Shown here: piece by piece, positions 41,701 to 53,700 of the stretch
Position numbering within the stretch: the stretch's first letter is position 1
Layout: each line of letters opens with the position of its first letter
Assembly: GCF_026571515.1 (NCBI RefSeq)
Contig: NW_026852163.1
Location: 310,001-374,000 of the forward strand
Length of the DNA: 64,000 bases
From: Ruditapes philippinarum
Lineage: Eukaryota
Direction of reading: 5' to 3'
Made by a program: the position numbers and the translations under genes
Notes under the pieces: model-generated
Told to the model about the DNA's origin: nothing
Databases searched by the model: none
The model's input: only the letters and a program-made list of their open reading frames with translations

Positions 41701-44700
41701 TTTGAGAAATTGTGCAAGTAATTTTGTGTGGTAACATAGTTATACAATACATTTTGTATTCACTTGTTTTTTTTACAAATTTGGCTGGCGAAGCAAATTC
41801 CAATTTTGAATTTGGCATACCAGTGCAATGTTAAATCTTGCCAGTTTAGGGGTTAATAAGTTTGAAAGATTACAAACTGTTCAATGTCATATGTGTTTTG
41901 TCTCATCTTTGCATCAGTTCCTTTGATTCTACAGCATAGTAATGCTTCTCAATACAAATTTGTTACTATTTTCAGAAATATGTAAATTTGCTACTATTTT
42001 TAGACATACAAGTATGTAAATTAGTTACTATTTTTAGACATATGTAAATTTGTTACTATTTTTAGACATACATGTATGTAAATTAGTTACTATTTAACAT
42101 TTCTTTAAATTTGTTACTATTTTTAGACATATATAAAGAGGCTTTCGAAAGTACCAAGAGGACAGAGGAAGCCAAGTTCAAGGTTCGCTTTGACAACTTG
42201 CTACAGGAGATGCAACAATCTTTTGAAGCCCTGTCACCTAGAGATGGACAGGTTCCCTCACAATATGGCAGCACTTCATGTAAGTAGAGGGAACAATTTA
42301 CTGTTGCAGATTAGCCCCTAACATTTTGCAAAATTACAATTACATCAAACATGTCTTGCAAGTCTTGCTTTGAATTTATTAATGAACAGGGATTTCATGT
42401 CAAAATACTAAAAAAATCAGCACCTGGCAGAGCTTGGTCAGACACCAAAGTATGTTAAAGCTGGCTTTGCACACTATATTATTTTGTGATGAAGGCAGGT
42501 GGTTACATCCAGGTTAAACCTAAGATTAGCTGAGGTTTATGTTTTACAAATGTATGTTAAAACATCTTTTTGAAGTTTATGTTAAAAATGCAGCAGACGA
42601 GTTTACATGACATGACAGAATACAAGATTCTATACATGAAGACATTTCAGACAAATAACAAAATAATACTTTTAAAACTGAAAACACACCAACTTGAAAT
42701 AAGCATCTTATTTAATAATACATTGAAAATACCCTGAAAGACATAGAAATACAATTAAAAATCTCATGCAAGAATGAATAGCCTGAAACATTAGCATCTT
42801 ATTTAATATTGTAATACATTTGAAAATACCCCTTGAGACGTGTATTAGAAGAAAATATCATTGTCACATGCAAGGATGAATATTTGTAAATGTAGAAGTA
42901 TTTGGTTACCATGGTAATTTTATTATTACAGATGGTGAATTGATGTCCACATATAGAGGAAGAGTAAAAGATCTGTTAGTGAGTCTATCTCAAAGATTGG
43001 AACTTGCTGTTGAGAGTAAGTATAGAACATATGAGTCATAGTATCTCTTTTTCGGTTGTTATTTATTGCTACAAAGCGCCCAAACTCCCTGAAGGGTATA
43101 TTCATATTGTGCTGACTTAGTTTAAACGGTAGTTATTTTAAGGTTGACTATGAAGAATGTTTGAAGCTTATATGGACCACTATTGAGTATGCTACCTGGA
43201 ACTAACCAGTACTTGTGTTATATGAGGTTGTGAAGCCAGTATGGCTTGAACCCATGATTGCTAGGTTGAGAGGCAGGCACCTTAACCACTAATCCCCTGC
43301 TTCCCTTTTGATGAGTGTATTTAAATTTTGATTAACTTTTGTTATAATTCATTGAATGTTTAGATCAATTAAGGGCATCTAATTTGCTTTGAAAATCTGT
43401 TTTATATCATTGGATTATAGGACAAAAAGTTTGAACATCAGGCGCCTATTTACCAAAACCGTCCCCCTAGACAAGATTAATTATTAAATAATATTCATTC
43501 ATTATAATTGTATAATTAGTGGCAGCTTCCTGACAACAAAACTATATAAAACCCTGACAAGCAACACACAAAATTAAGGTCAAATAAGTGCATTTTAACT
43601 TAACATACTTCAAATAACAGGTGTTACATAAAATACAAAAACAAAATGAAAAAACTATTTCAATAAAAGGATTCTCAATTTATGACTGGTTAGGAATTTG
43701 AAGTAGTGGAGTATTTTTAAATTTCAATTTTTTGATGCTTTATTTTGAACATTTTATAGTGGCAGTACGTACTCATTTTGTGCAAATGTTGTAAATTTAA
43801 TGGTTTCTGTGTGGTGTTCTTTATATAGAAATATTCTGTATTTTATCAGCATTACTGTGTTACATTAGTGAAGTCTCTATTGATTGTTTAGCTTCCATTT
43901 ATAGAAGGGAATATACAGTGTACACTGTATATCATTTTGATCTGGGTTTTTTTTATTTTATTTTATTATCTGTTTGGTTTTTCAGCATTGTAAATTTAAA
44001 TTTTGTCTGTTTATGTAAGAAAATGTAGGGTTTAAACTGCATAAAATTTAACTTGTATCTCATAAATTTCTCATCTTAGATTATTATGTAAGACGATTAT
44101 TATTTTGTCACAGTCTAGATTTGATCCAATGTAAAAATCTGTGAACAGCTTGGTGGCATAGTTGAGTTGCAAAACTGAATTCCAGCACTCGCTCACACAC
44201 TTGTTTGAGAGCATTAAAAGAGGTCACTGTTCAAGACCCAAAACTCTAACATAGATTTTGACAGAAATGTGACCCTTTTTGAACTCAGAAAATTTTACAA
44301 TATCCAGGCTCTTGTTTTACTATCTAGTATTGAAAATAGCCGAGCATGCTGTCCTAAAGATAACTCTTATTTTTTTTATACACTCTTGAGTACCGTGATG
44401 GAAATTTCTCATTGTAAATGTATATATGAGCCGCGTCATGACAAAACCAACATAATGGGTTTGCAACCAGCATGGATCCAGACCAGCCTGAGCATCCGCG
44501 CAGTCTGATCAGGATCCATGCTGTTCGCTTACCTAATCTATTACAAGTAGAGAAACTGAAAGCGAACAGCATGGATCCTGATCAGACTGCGCGGATGCGC
44601 AGGCTGGTCTGGATTCTTGCTGGTCGCAAACCCATTATGTTGGTTTTGTCATGACACGGCTCATATATGGTTAATATTTATAGGTTTTGATGAAACTTGT

Positions 44701-47700
44701 GCGTGTAATCCAAGTCTGACATCACAGAAAGTGAAACTAATGATCTCAAAACTAGTGGAGGATAGACTCGGTGAATCTCTTGATTTGGTAAGTTAATTAG
44801 ATCAACCTCACATGAATGAATCAAATTTTCTAGTGGGATTTGAACCCACCATGGTCATTGGGAGAACATAATTGTAGGAACATTTTCAAAAGTAGTTCAT
44901 ATTAGGATACAATTTCAAGTAAATTGTTAAAGATAATATGACTTTCTGACTCGGGAGTTACATTTTGGTTGTGAGATTTATTTCTGCTCTTCATTTTATA
45001 TAATGGACTAGCCTAAAATATGAATTTGGAACAGTCCATATGTAGTTCAGGGATTTTTGGTTCAAAAGTTCTAAAACAGATAAAAGAACAATTGTATTGC
45101 ATGTCTGCGTAACTGTCAAACATTAGTCTGTTATTTATTGCCTCAAGATAGGTTAATGTTTGTATAGACTAATACATTAGATATTAGCATAGTTATTTAG
45201 TTTGGGACATTAATACAGGTATTAAAATCAACTAGTCAAATAATGAAATAGTTAGCAAGACATTGTTAGAACTTAATGTTTGCCATCATATTGCATGAAA
45301 TATAAAAGAAAATGTATCAAAGACAAAAATGGCCGGGTTGCAGTTGTATATCAAATATCATGAGGCTGTGATGTTATGAAAAATTTTCCCTGCCCTTCCG
45401 CCACCCGAAATTAAACATATTTTGACCCTGGTTTGCACCTGTGCAACCTGGCCAAAAATGTATTAGTTTCGATGAATAGATAAGAAAAATGCAAGCAATA
45501 GTCTGAAATTTTTCAGTTCCCTAAGGAAAATATTTTCAAAAAATTAATGATTATAATTTTTGTTATTGAAAAAGAAACACTGAAACCATGTTACTATTTG
45601 GTTACATATATTTTAGACAAGTGATGAGGCAGTGTCAGATCTGTCATCCCTCTCAGATGAATCTGGAGAACAAAAATCCCTAGAGGATCAAATTGCTCAG
45701 GCAGTTATTGCAAGGGTATGGTATTGCTTTTTTTTTTAGATTATGCATAAGCTATTTGTATAGTATGGTATAGCTTTTTCACACCGTGCATGGTCCAAGG
45801 TTATAAAGAAATTTTCATGGTTCAAACTTAGATCTTGGGTATTTGATTGGTCAGAAACTGGTACAAATAATGTACACTGACCAATAAAAATCTTGTGATT
45901 TGAGACAGAACTCAGAAAAAAATTGATATAACCTTCAGGCCATAATTTATATGGTATAGTTTAGCACCTTATGTAGCAAAATATTTAAATCCAACACTAC
46001 AGGGTTTGCTGTGGTACAGGCATGGTGTGAGTCATCATTGGTGCTGGTTTTATAAGGAAGTAATGCTTAGTATTCTGTTGAAATTGAACGAAAAATTAGC
46101 CCAAGCATAATATATGCTGTTTGAGGTTTCAGCTATTGTCCAGATAAAGGACTGAATTTCATAAAGTTTTCATGTCTTATTTTAGAATTTCAGAAAAAGT
46201 ATGTCTTTGTATTAAATGTCATATTTTACTTTTAGAGATGCAATTTGTTTAAGTTTATAAAACTTGATATGGAAATGTTCTTCTAATCTTGCAGGTGCTA
46301 GAATTACATAGAAATCAAAATGGTGTTCATCTTGAACTCAATGAACCTGCAGACGACAGCAGAAATAGTGACTCTTCAGGATTGGAGGTAAAAACAGTAG
46401 TGAGGAGTAGAGGCTCTTCAGTAGCAGAAGAGCCTAATGTACATGAAATGGTGCCAAATGAACATATATTGCACAAAGGTGCAACTAGATTAGATTATAG
46501 AGATTCCAACTCAAATGAAAGTGATATTAATGCCAATATTAAAGACAGAGGCAAATGGGCAAAGGCAGATATACATAAAGATTATAGAAATGAAGACGAT
46601 ATTGATGGTGAAATTAAAACCTCAGGAAAACATTCACCTCAGCCTCAACATCATGTTGATGAAGACTTTGATGAGGATGTTCAAGTTGGAAAACACACTC
46701 AAAGAGATAGGAGAAAAAGAACTCATTCAGATCGTTCAGAACCGGAACATCAAAGACAGAGATTAAGTTCCGGACATTCTGAATCCGGTAATGAAAGACA
46801 TGATTCAAGTTCTGGTGAAAACCAGGATATAAATCATGATTCTGAACCGGAAAACACTAGTGACAAGAAAGGAAGGCCTAGACTAGGGTCGAGTGTTTCG
46901 GAAACTGATGATAAAGAGGATGAGATTATTTTAAAACAGGAGTTTGAAAAGTTGCGAACTTTTGCACGAGAAGTTGTGCCGCGTCCTTTATATGAGGAAG
47001 TGAAATTTGTTGAAGAAGTTGAACCAGTACCGATTGAGGAAAGTATGGAATGTGTGAAAGTTGATCACGAGGAGTCCCATGAAGAATTCACGTCCCGATT
47101 TTTCACATACGATAAAGTTCACGATTCGGAAAATCGTGGTTTACCAGATTTTAGTGACTTGGATTATGAATATCATGATTTTGGTTTAAATGAAGTTGAT
47201 CCTGATTTGTTATCTATGAATCTAGCGCCGATTCTAGAAGAAACAGAAGAGGAGCTCGCTGAAGAAGAAGAAGAAAATGAAGATTCAGAGTATGAACAAG
47301 ATTGGAGAGGGAACTGGATCTTTAAAGGTTTGTCTATGTATTCTCTGTCTCTGGGTGAATAAAAGCTTTCACTTGGCAATTTACTGCCTCCGTGGTCAAG
47401 AGGTTAGAGTCGATGACTTCTAATCTAGTTACCTCTCTGGCGTGGGTTTGATCCCAGGGAGATGCTTTGGTAGTTTAGCACGGAGGGAGGTAGTTTAGTA
47501 CTGGTGTAACTCTCCAGGAATGATGGTTTAAGGAAACTACCCGCCTATATAACTGAAATACTGTCGGGGGGAAAAGGTGTAAAATGAAACAAACAAACAA
47601 ACAAAACTTGGAAATTTGTAATTTTAGTATGAAATGAGGTTGAAGAAAACTAAAAAAATTGCCAGAATTATTTTTGTAGGATTTTCTGGATGAGGGATGA

Positions 47701-50700
47701 TTAAATATGGTTGTATAAATTATAATAAACAAAGGAGATATGTTAGCACTTCAAGAAGTCGTCGCTGTATTTTTGCTGAATATTTTATCATTTTCATGTC
47801 CTAGACATGCAATCATTTTCCTGTTTGGGCTCAATATGTCCTGTGTTGGTGCACCATAAAACCAAACAAACAAGTCTTTTAACTTTAGCTTGGTAAGGAT
47901 TAAAAGTTGTAAAAAAATGTAAATAATATTTGAAATTTAGCAAATTTAGAAAGGAAGACTTCAAATAATTTGCATCGAAACAAGGAAAGATATTCTCTAT
48001 ATAAATATCTCTAGAAAAAATTATCTTTATTAATAAATTTATTATTTTTTGTATAGGTGCCAGTGGAATGGCTCCATATAATAACATTACAGGAAAGAGT
48101 AGACAGTCGGCAGAGTTTGGTGATGGTTATGTTATGGTGCCTAAACCGAATGAAATATTAGCTCCAACCATTGGTAACAGGTATTGTTTTTAATTATCAC
48201 TACTTTCTATGTTTAGCTATGGACAAAACTGTCCCTTGTCACCACATCTGGATCATCTTTTACAGAAACTCTTGTGAATGCCAATAAAGATCTTATTAGC
48301 TCGACTATTCGAAGAATATGAGAGCTATTGTAGTCGCCCCGGCGTCGGCGTCCGCGTCCGCGTCGGCGTCTGCGTTGGTTAAAGTTTTTTGTAAAGTCAA
48401 ATATCTCAATTATTACTTGAGATATTCAATTGAAACTTACAATACTTATTTATAGTAACAAGGTACATCAGATAGACAAGTTTGATAACTCTGCCTACAA
48501 TATTGACAGAATTATGCCCCTTTTTAACTTAGAAATTTTGGTTAAAGTTTTTTGTAAAGTCAAATATCTCAATTATTGCTTGAGATATTCAATTGAAACT
48601 TACAATACTTATTTATAGTAACAAGGTACATCAGATTGACAAGTTGGATAACTCTGCCTACAATATTGACAGAATTATGCCCCTTTTTAACTTAGAAATT
48701 TTGGTTAAAGTTTTTTTGTAAAGTCAAATATCTCAATTATTCCTTGAGATATTCAATTGAAACTTACAATACTTATTTATAGTAACAAGGTACATCAGAT
48801 TGACAAGTTTGATAACTCTGCCTACAATATTGACAGAATTTTGCCCCTTTGGAACTTAGAAATTTTGGTTAAAGTTTTTTTGTAAAGTCAAATATCTCAA
48901 TTATTGCTTGAGATATTCAATTGAAAATTAAAATGCTTTTTTATAGTAACAATGTACATCAGTTTGCAAAATTGCATAACTCTGCCTGCAATATTTGCAG
49001 AATTATTTGCCCCTTTGAAACTTAGAAATTTTGGTTAAAGGTTAAAGGTCTTCAAAGATATTTACTTGAAACTTTACACATGCACTTAGGGTCATAATTG
49101 GAGGGTCATTATTGTATGTCACTGACCAAGTTCCATAACTCTATCTTGCCTTAAGGCTGATTCATATCCCCTTTTCTACTTAGTCTCTTGGTTAATGTTT
49201 ACATGCAAGTTTTACATATCTCCATAACTATTAAAGATATTTATTTAAAACTTCACATATGCATTTAGGGTCATAATTGTAGGTCACTGACAAAGATCCA
49301 TAATTCTATCTTGCATTTAGGCTGATTTTTCTCCCCTTTTTCAACTTAGAAATTCATTTGTAAGCTGTTATCTCAATAACTACTGAAGGGTTTGTGCCTT
49401 TTTTGGGACAATTTTATGCATTCATAATAATAAAGCAGTGATTTACTTGATAAAACATCTTAATAACAAGCCTTTGTACCTTTTCTGTCAAATTTATGTA
49501 TTCATAGGTAATTAGTATTATTATACTCAATAAAACACCCTTGTGACATTACCTTCCGAATAGTCAAGCCAATACTGTTTAATTAGACTCTCTCTAAGGC
49601 CTATAACAAGAATTTATAAAAAAAATTAGCCCTTTTGTAAACTTAAAAAATTTAACAATATCAAGGCTCTTTTACTATCAAGCACTTAGAATAGTCGAGC
49701 GTGCTGTCCTACAGACAGCTCTTGTTTTATTATCCAATGTGTGTGACCATTGATCAAAGTAAAGTTAAAAATCACTGTCACTGTAATTGTATATAAAATT
49801 TGGGATAATAAATGTGCGAAGAAAACTAGAAACATCATGACTACAGACTGAACATTCTGGTGGCAAATAGCATGAAAACACAATAAACTCGTACTAAGAA
49901 GAATTTTTGTAGGCAAGAATTTCACTCCTGAAGTTCCTTCCATTAAACGATCTATCAATAACAGTAACTTCGTATTTCTGATTAATCCATGATTTCATTA
50001 ACAATAGTTTGCTCCATCAATTCAACTAAATGTACATGCATTTATTTTTCAAAAGTCTTAAATTTTTCGATACAAGAATCCATTTTGAGTCATTTACATG
50101 AACAGTTGCAAAAGCTATGATGTTGCATGTTCTAATTATATAACATTGTTTATATACAATTATCATAAATAAACAAATTTTTGCAACAAAAAGTTTCAAA
50201 AATTTGTCGTTTGAATTATAATTATAATTATTTTATATGCCAATGTATCAAAAAGTTTTGTTTATTTAATGTGTTTATAGAGATGTAGATGACATGTCTG
50301 ATTTGTCTGAGAATGAGGACAGAGATTTGAGCGACGAGGAAAGTTCATTCTACGCAAAAACAAGCGAAGAAATCGCTCGTATAACACGTAAAACTACCAG
50401 TTCCACTCAAGTTGCACCTCTCGCCAACATTTCAATCCAGACGGACGGGGAATCTGATTTGGAGTCCATGGTTTCCCGACCGAACTCTTCATTTTCCGAT
50501 TCTGGTTTCCGTACTAATCGACCGGAACAGTACAGTTTTGATAGTCGTGTTAGTGAAAAGTCAGCAGTAAAGTTATCAGAAGAACTGGTACCTGCAGAAG
50601 GTGACGATCCAAAGTTTGAAATTCCACCAGACAGTATAACCATCTCAGAAGGGGAACCAGCAAGGTTAACCTGTAGAGTGGCTGGTACTCAGCCTTTAGG

Positions 50701-53700
50701 TATTCAATCTTAAAATATTCATTAAATATAATTTCTTAGTAAAAATTTTGAATTTTACTCTTTAATCTGATGCTTTAGAATTTTTCTTGTATATTGATTT
50801 TGAATAAGGTGTACATGAATTGCATTTTAATAATTTGACATTTATGTTTTAAAGTTATGATTGAATGATGTAACGGCACCTGAGGTCTTTAATCATGAAA
50901 GCTGAACATTTTCCATATGACCATAGCAATGTGGATGTGACTTGAAACCCAATTCCAGAAAATAGATAACTAACTAAATAATCCAACTTTAGAAAACTAT
51001 ATTATCTGAATAAAAGATAAGATGTTTTGCAAAGATTTGAAATTATATCAAATTTTAAGTTTAGAATAGCTGCGTAAAATCAGAAAATTTTCAGATATGC
51101 TTCCTACATGTACAGTCAGACCTATGTTAAAAGACCATCTCTGAATAAAAAATACCCTGTAAATAAATGCCATTTTCTGATAACACTTCATTGATAATAT
51201 TGAAAAGGAGTAACCTCCAAATAAAGAGCACTTGTCTATAAAGGACATGTTCAGTCTCTATTTTAGGTGGCATTTTGTTCACAGGTTTGTTGTTACATAA
51301 TAATTTATTGGTCACATTATTATGACTCATTAGATAGTTTTTTTTTATAAATACAGGATTTATTTTCATCATGTGGTATGAAAATACAATTAATTATCGT
51401 TTATGTAATTTTCAGACGTATTTTGGTACAAGGTACGAGACGAGGTCGAAGAGTTGGAGAATTCAGAGTATTATGAGATTATCAAGGACGGCAGTCGTCA
51501 GAGTATAAACATGTACAACATGACGAAGGCCGACGCGGGCCAGTATATGTGTATGGCAATAAACGAGAAAGGCCGGTGCTGTCAATACTTTATACTCCAT
51601 GTAAAAAGTAAGAATCAATAAAGATTATTTCATTTTTATATGCCCGAAAGGGCATATTATGTTATACCCCCTGGCGTCCGTCTGTCTGTCCGTCCGTCCG
51701 TCCGTCTGTCCGTCCGTCCGTCCGTCCGTCCGTCCGAGCCAACATTTGATTATTATGAGCTTCATTCCGTAGTTAAATAAAGAACATAAACTCATAAAAT
51801 TTAAAATTAAGAGCTATTTTTTGTTTTTATGAGCTTATTTTGCTTATGGACGTTGGTCCAGGTGGTGTTTATGAGCTCATTGCCTCATAACCATCAAATT
51901 TTGGTCCGTCCGTCGTCCGTCCGTCCGTTAGCAATTTTTGGTTTTCCGGAGCATAACTCAAGTTCCATTTGGCCCACAATGTTAAAACTTCATAGGATGA
52001 TTGTCATATTGGTAGAAGACCCCTATTGATTTTGGGGTCAAAAGGTCAAAAGGTCAAGGTCACTATTACTTAAAACTGAAACGGTTTCCGGAGCATAACT
52101 TAAGTTCCATTCGACCCACAATGTTCAAACTTATAGGATGATTGTCCATATTGGGAAGAAGACCCTATTGATTTTTGGGGTCACAAGGTCAAAGGCCAAG
52201 GTCACTATGACCTTGATACTGAAACAGTTTCCGGAGCATAACTTAAGTTCCAATTGGCCCACAATGTTAAAACTTCATAGGATGATTGTCCATATTGGGT
52301 AGAAGACCCCTATTGATTTTGGGGTCAAAAGGTCAAAGGTCAAGGTCACTATTTCCTTAAAACTGAAAACGGTTTCCGGAGCATAACTTAAGTTCCATTC
52401 GACCCACAATGTTCAAAATTCATAGGATGATTGTCCATATTGGGAAGAAGACCCCTATAGATTTTGGGGTCACAAGGTCAAAGGTCAAGGTCACTTTTTG
52501 ACCTTGATACTGAAACAGTTTCCGGAGCATAACTTAAGTTCCAATTGGCCCACAATGTTCAAACTTCATAGGATGATTGTCCATATTGGGTAGAAGACCC
52601 CTATTGATTTTTGGGTCAAAAGGTCAAAGGTCAAGGTCACTATTACCTTATAACTGAAACAGTTTCCAGAGCAATAACTTAAGTTCCATTCGACCCACAA
52701 TGTTCAAACTTCATAGGATGATTGTCCATATTGGGAAGAAGACCCCTATTGATTTTTGGGGTCACAAGGTCAAAGGTCAAGGTCACTATGACCTTGATAC
52801 TGAAAACAGTTTCCGGAGCATAACTTAAGTTCCAATTGGGCCCACAATGTTCAAACTACATAGGATGATTGTCCATATTGGGTAGAAGACCCCTATTGAT
52901 TTTGGGTCAAAAGGTCAAAGGTCAAAGTCACTATTACCTTATAACTGAAAACAGTTTTTCCTGAGCATAACTTAAGCTCCATTCGACCCAACAATGTTCA
53001 AACTTCATAGGATGATTGTCCATATTGGGTAGAAGACCCCTATTGATTTTGGGGTCACAAGGTCAAGGTGAAGGTCACTATTACATTGATACTGAAAAAT
53101 ATGTTTCCACGCATAACTTAAGTTCCATTTGACCCACAATGTTCAAACTTCATAGGATGATTGTCCATATTGGGTAGAAGACCCCTGTTGATTTTGGGGT
53201 CAAAAGGTCAAAGGTGAAGGTCACTATTACCTTGATACTGAAAACAGTTGCCGGAGCATATGTTAAGTTCCATTTGGCCCACAATGTTCAAACTTCATAG
53301 GATGATTGTCCATATTGGGTAGAAGACCCCTATTGATTTTTGGGTCAAAAGGTCAACGGTTAAGGTCATCCTTACTAAAAAAAAAAAATACTTTCGGGCA
53401 TATAATGCTCCGCCTAGCGGTGCTCTTGTTGATAATTTTTTGGGGGTTAAGTTTTACATCGCACAGGTCATAAGGTGATCTTGGGTGCCCCTACCTGCAT
53501 TATTTCAGGCATAAATGGGCACCTGAGTAGAACCATTGACTGGAAAGTTTCCTCACATAAGAGAATTGGAAGTCCATGTCGGGATTTGAACCTACAGTGG
53601 TGAGGGGCAGGTGGTTTGACAGATGATTTAATATTTCATTTACAGTTTTACAATGAATTACTTAAAACTTTTTCTTTAATCATCGTTAAGATTAATTTTC

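Noticed and set aside
46515-47379. Overlapping and antisense ORFs on the large exon (also 42083, 50407, 10447)
   Set aside because: Shadows of real + strand exons.
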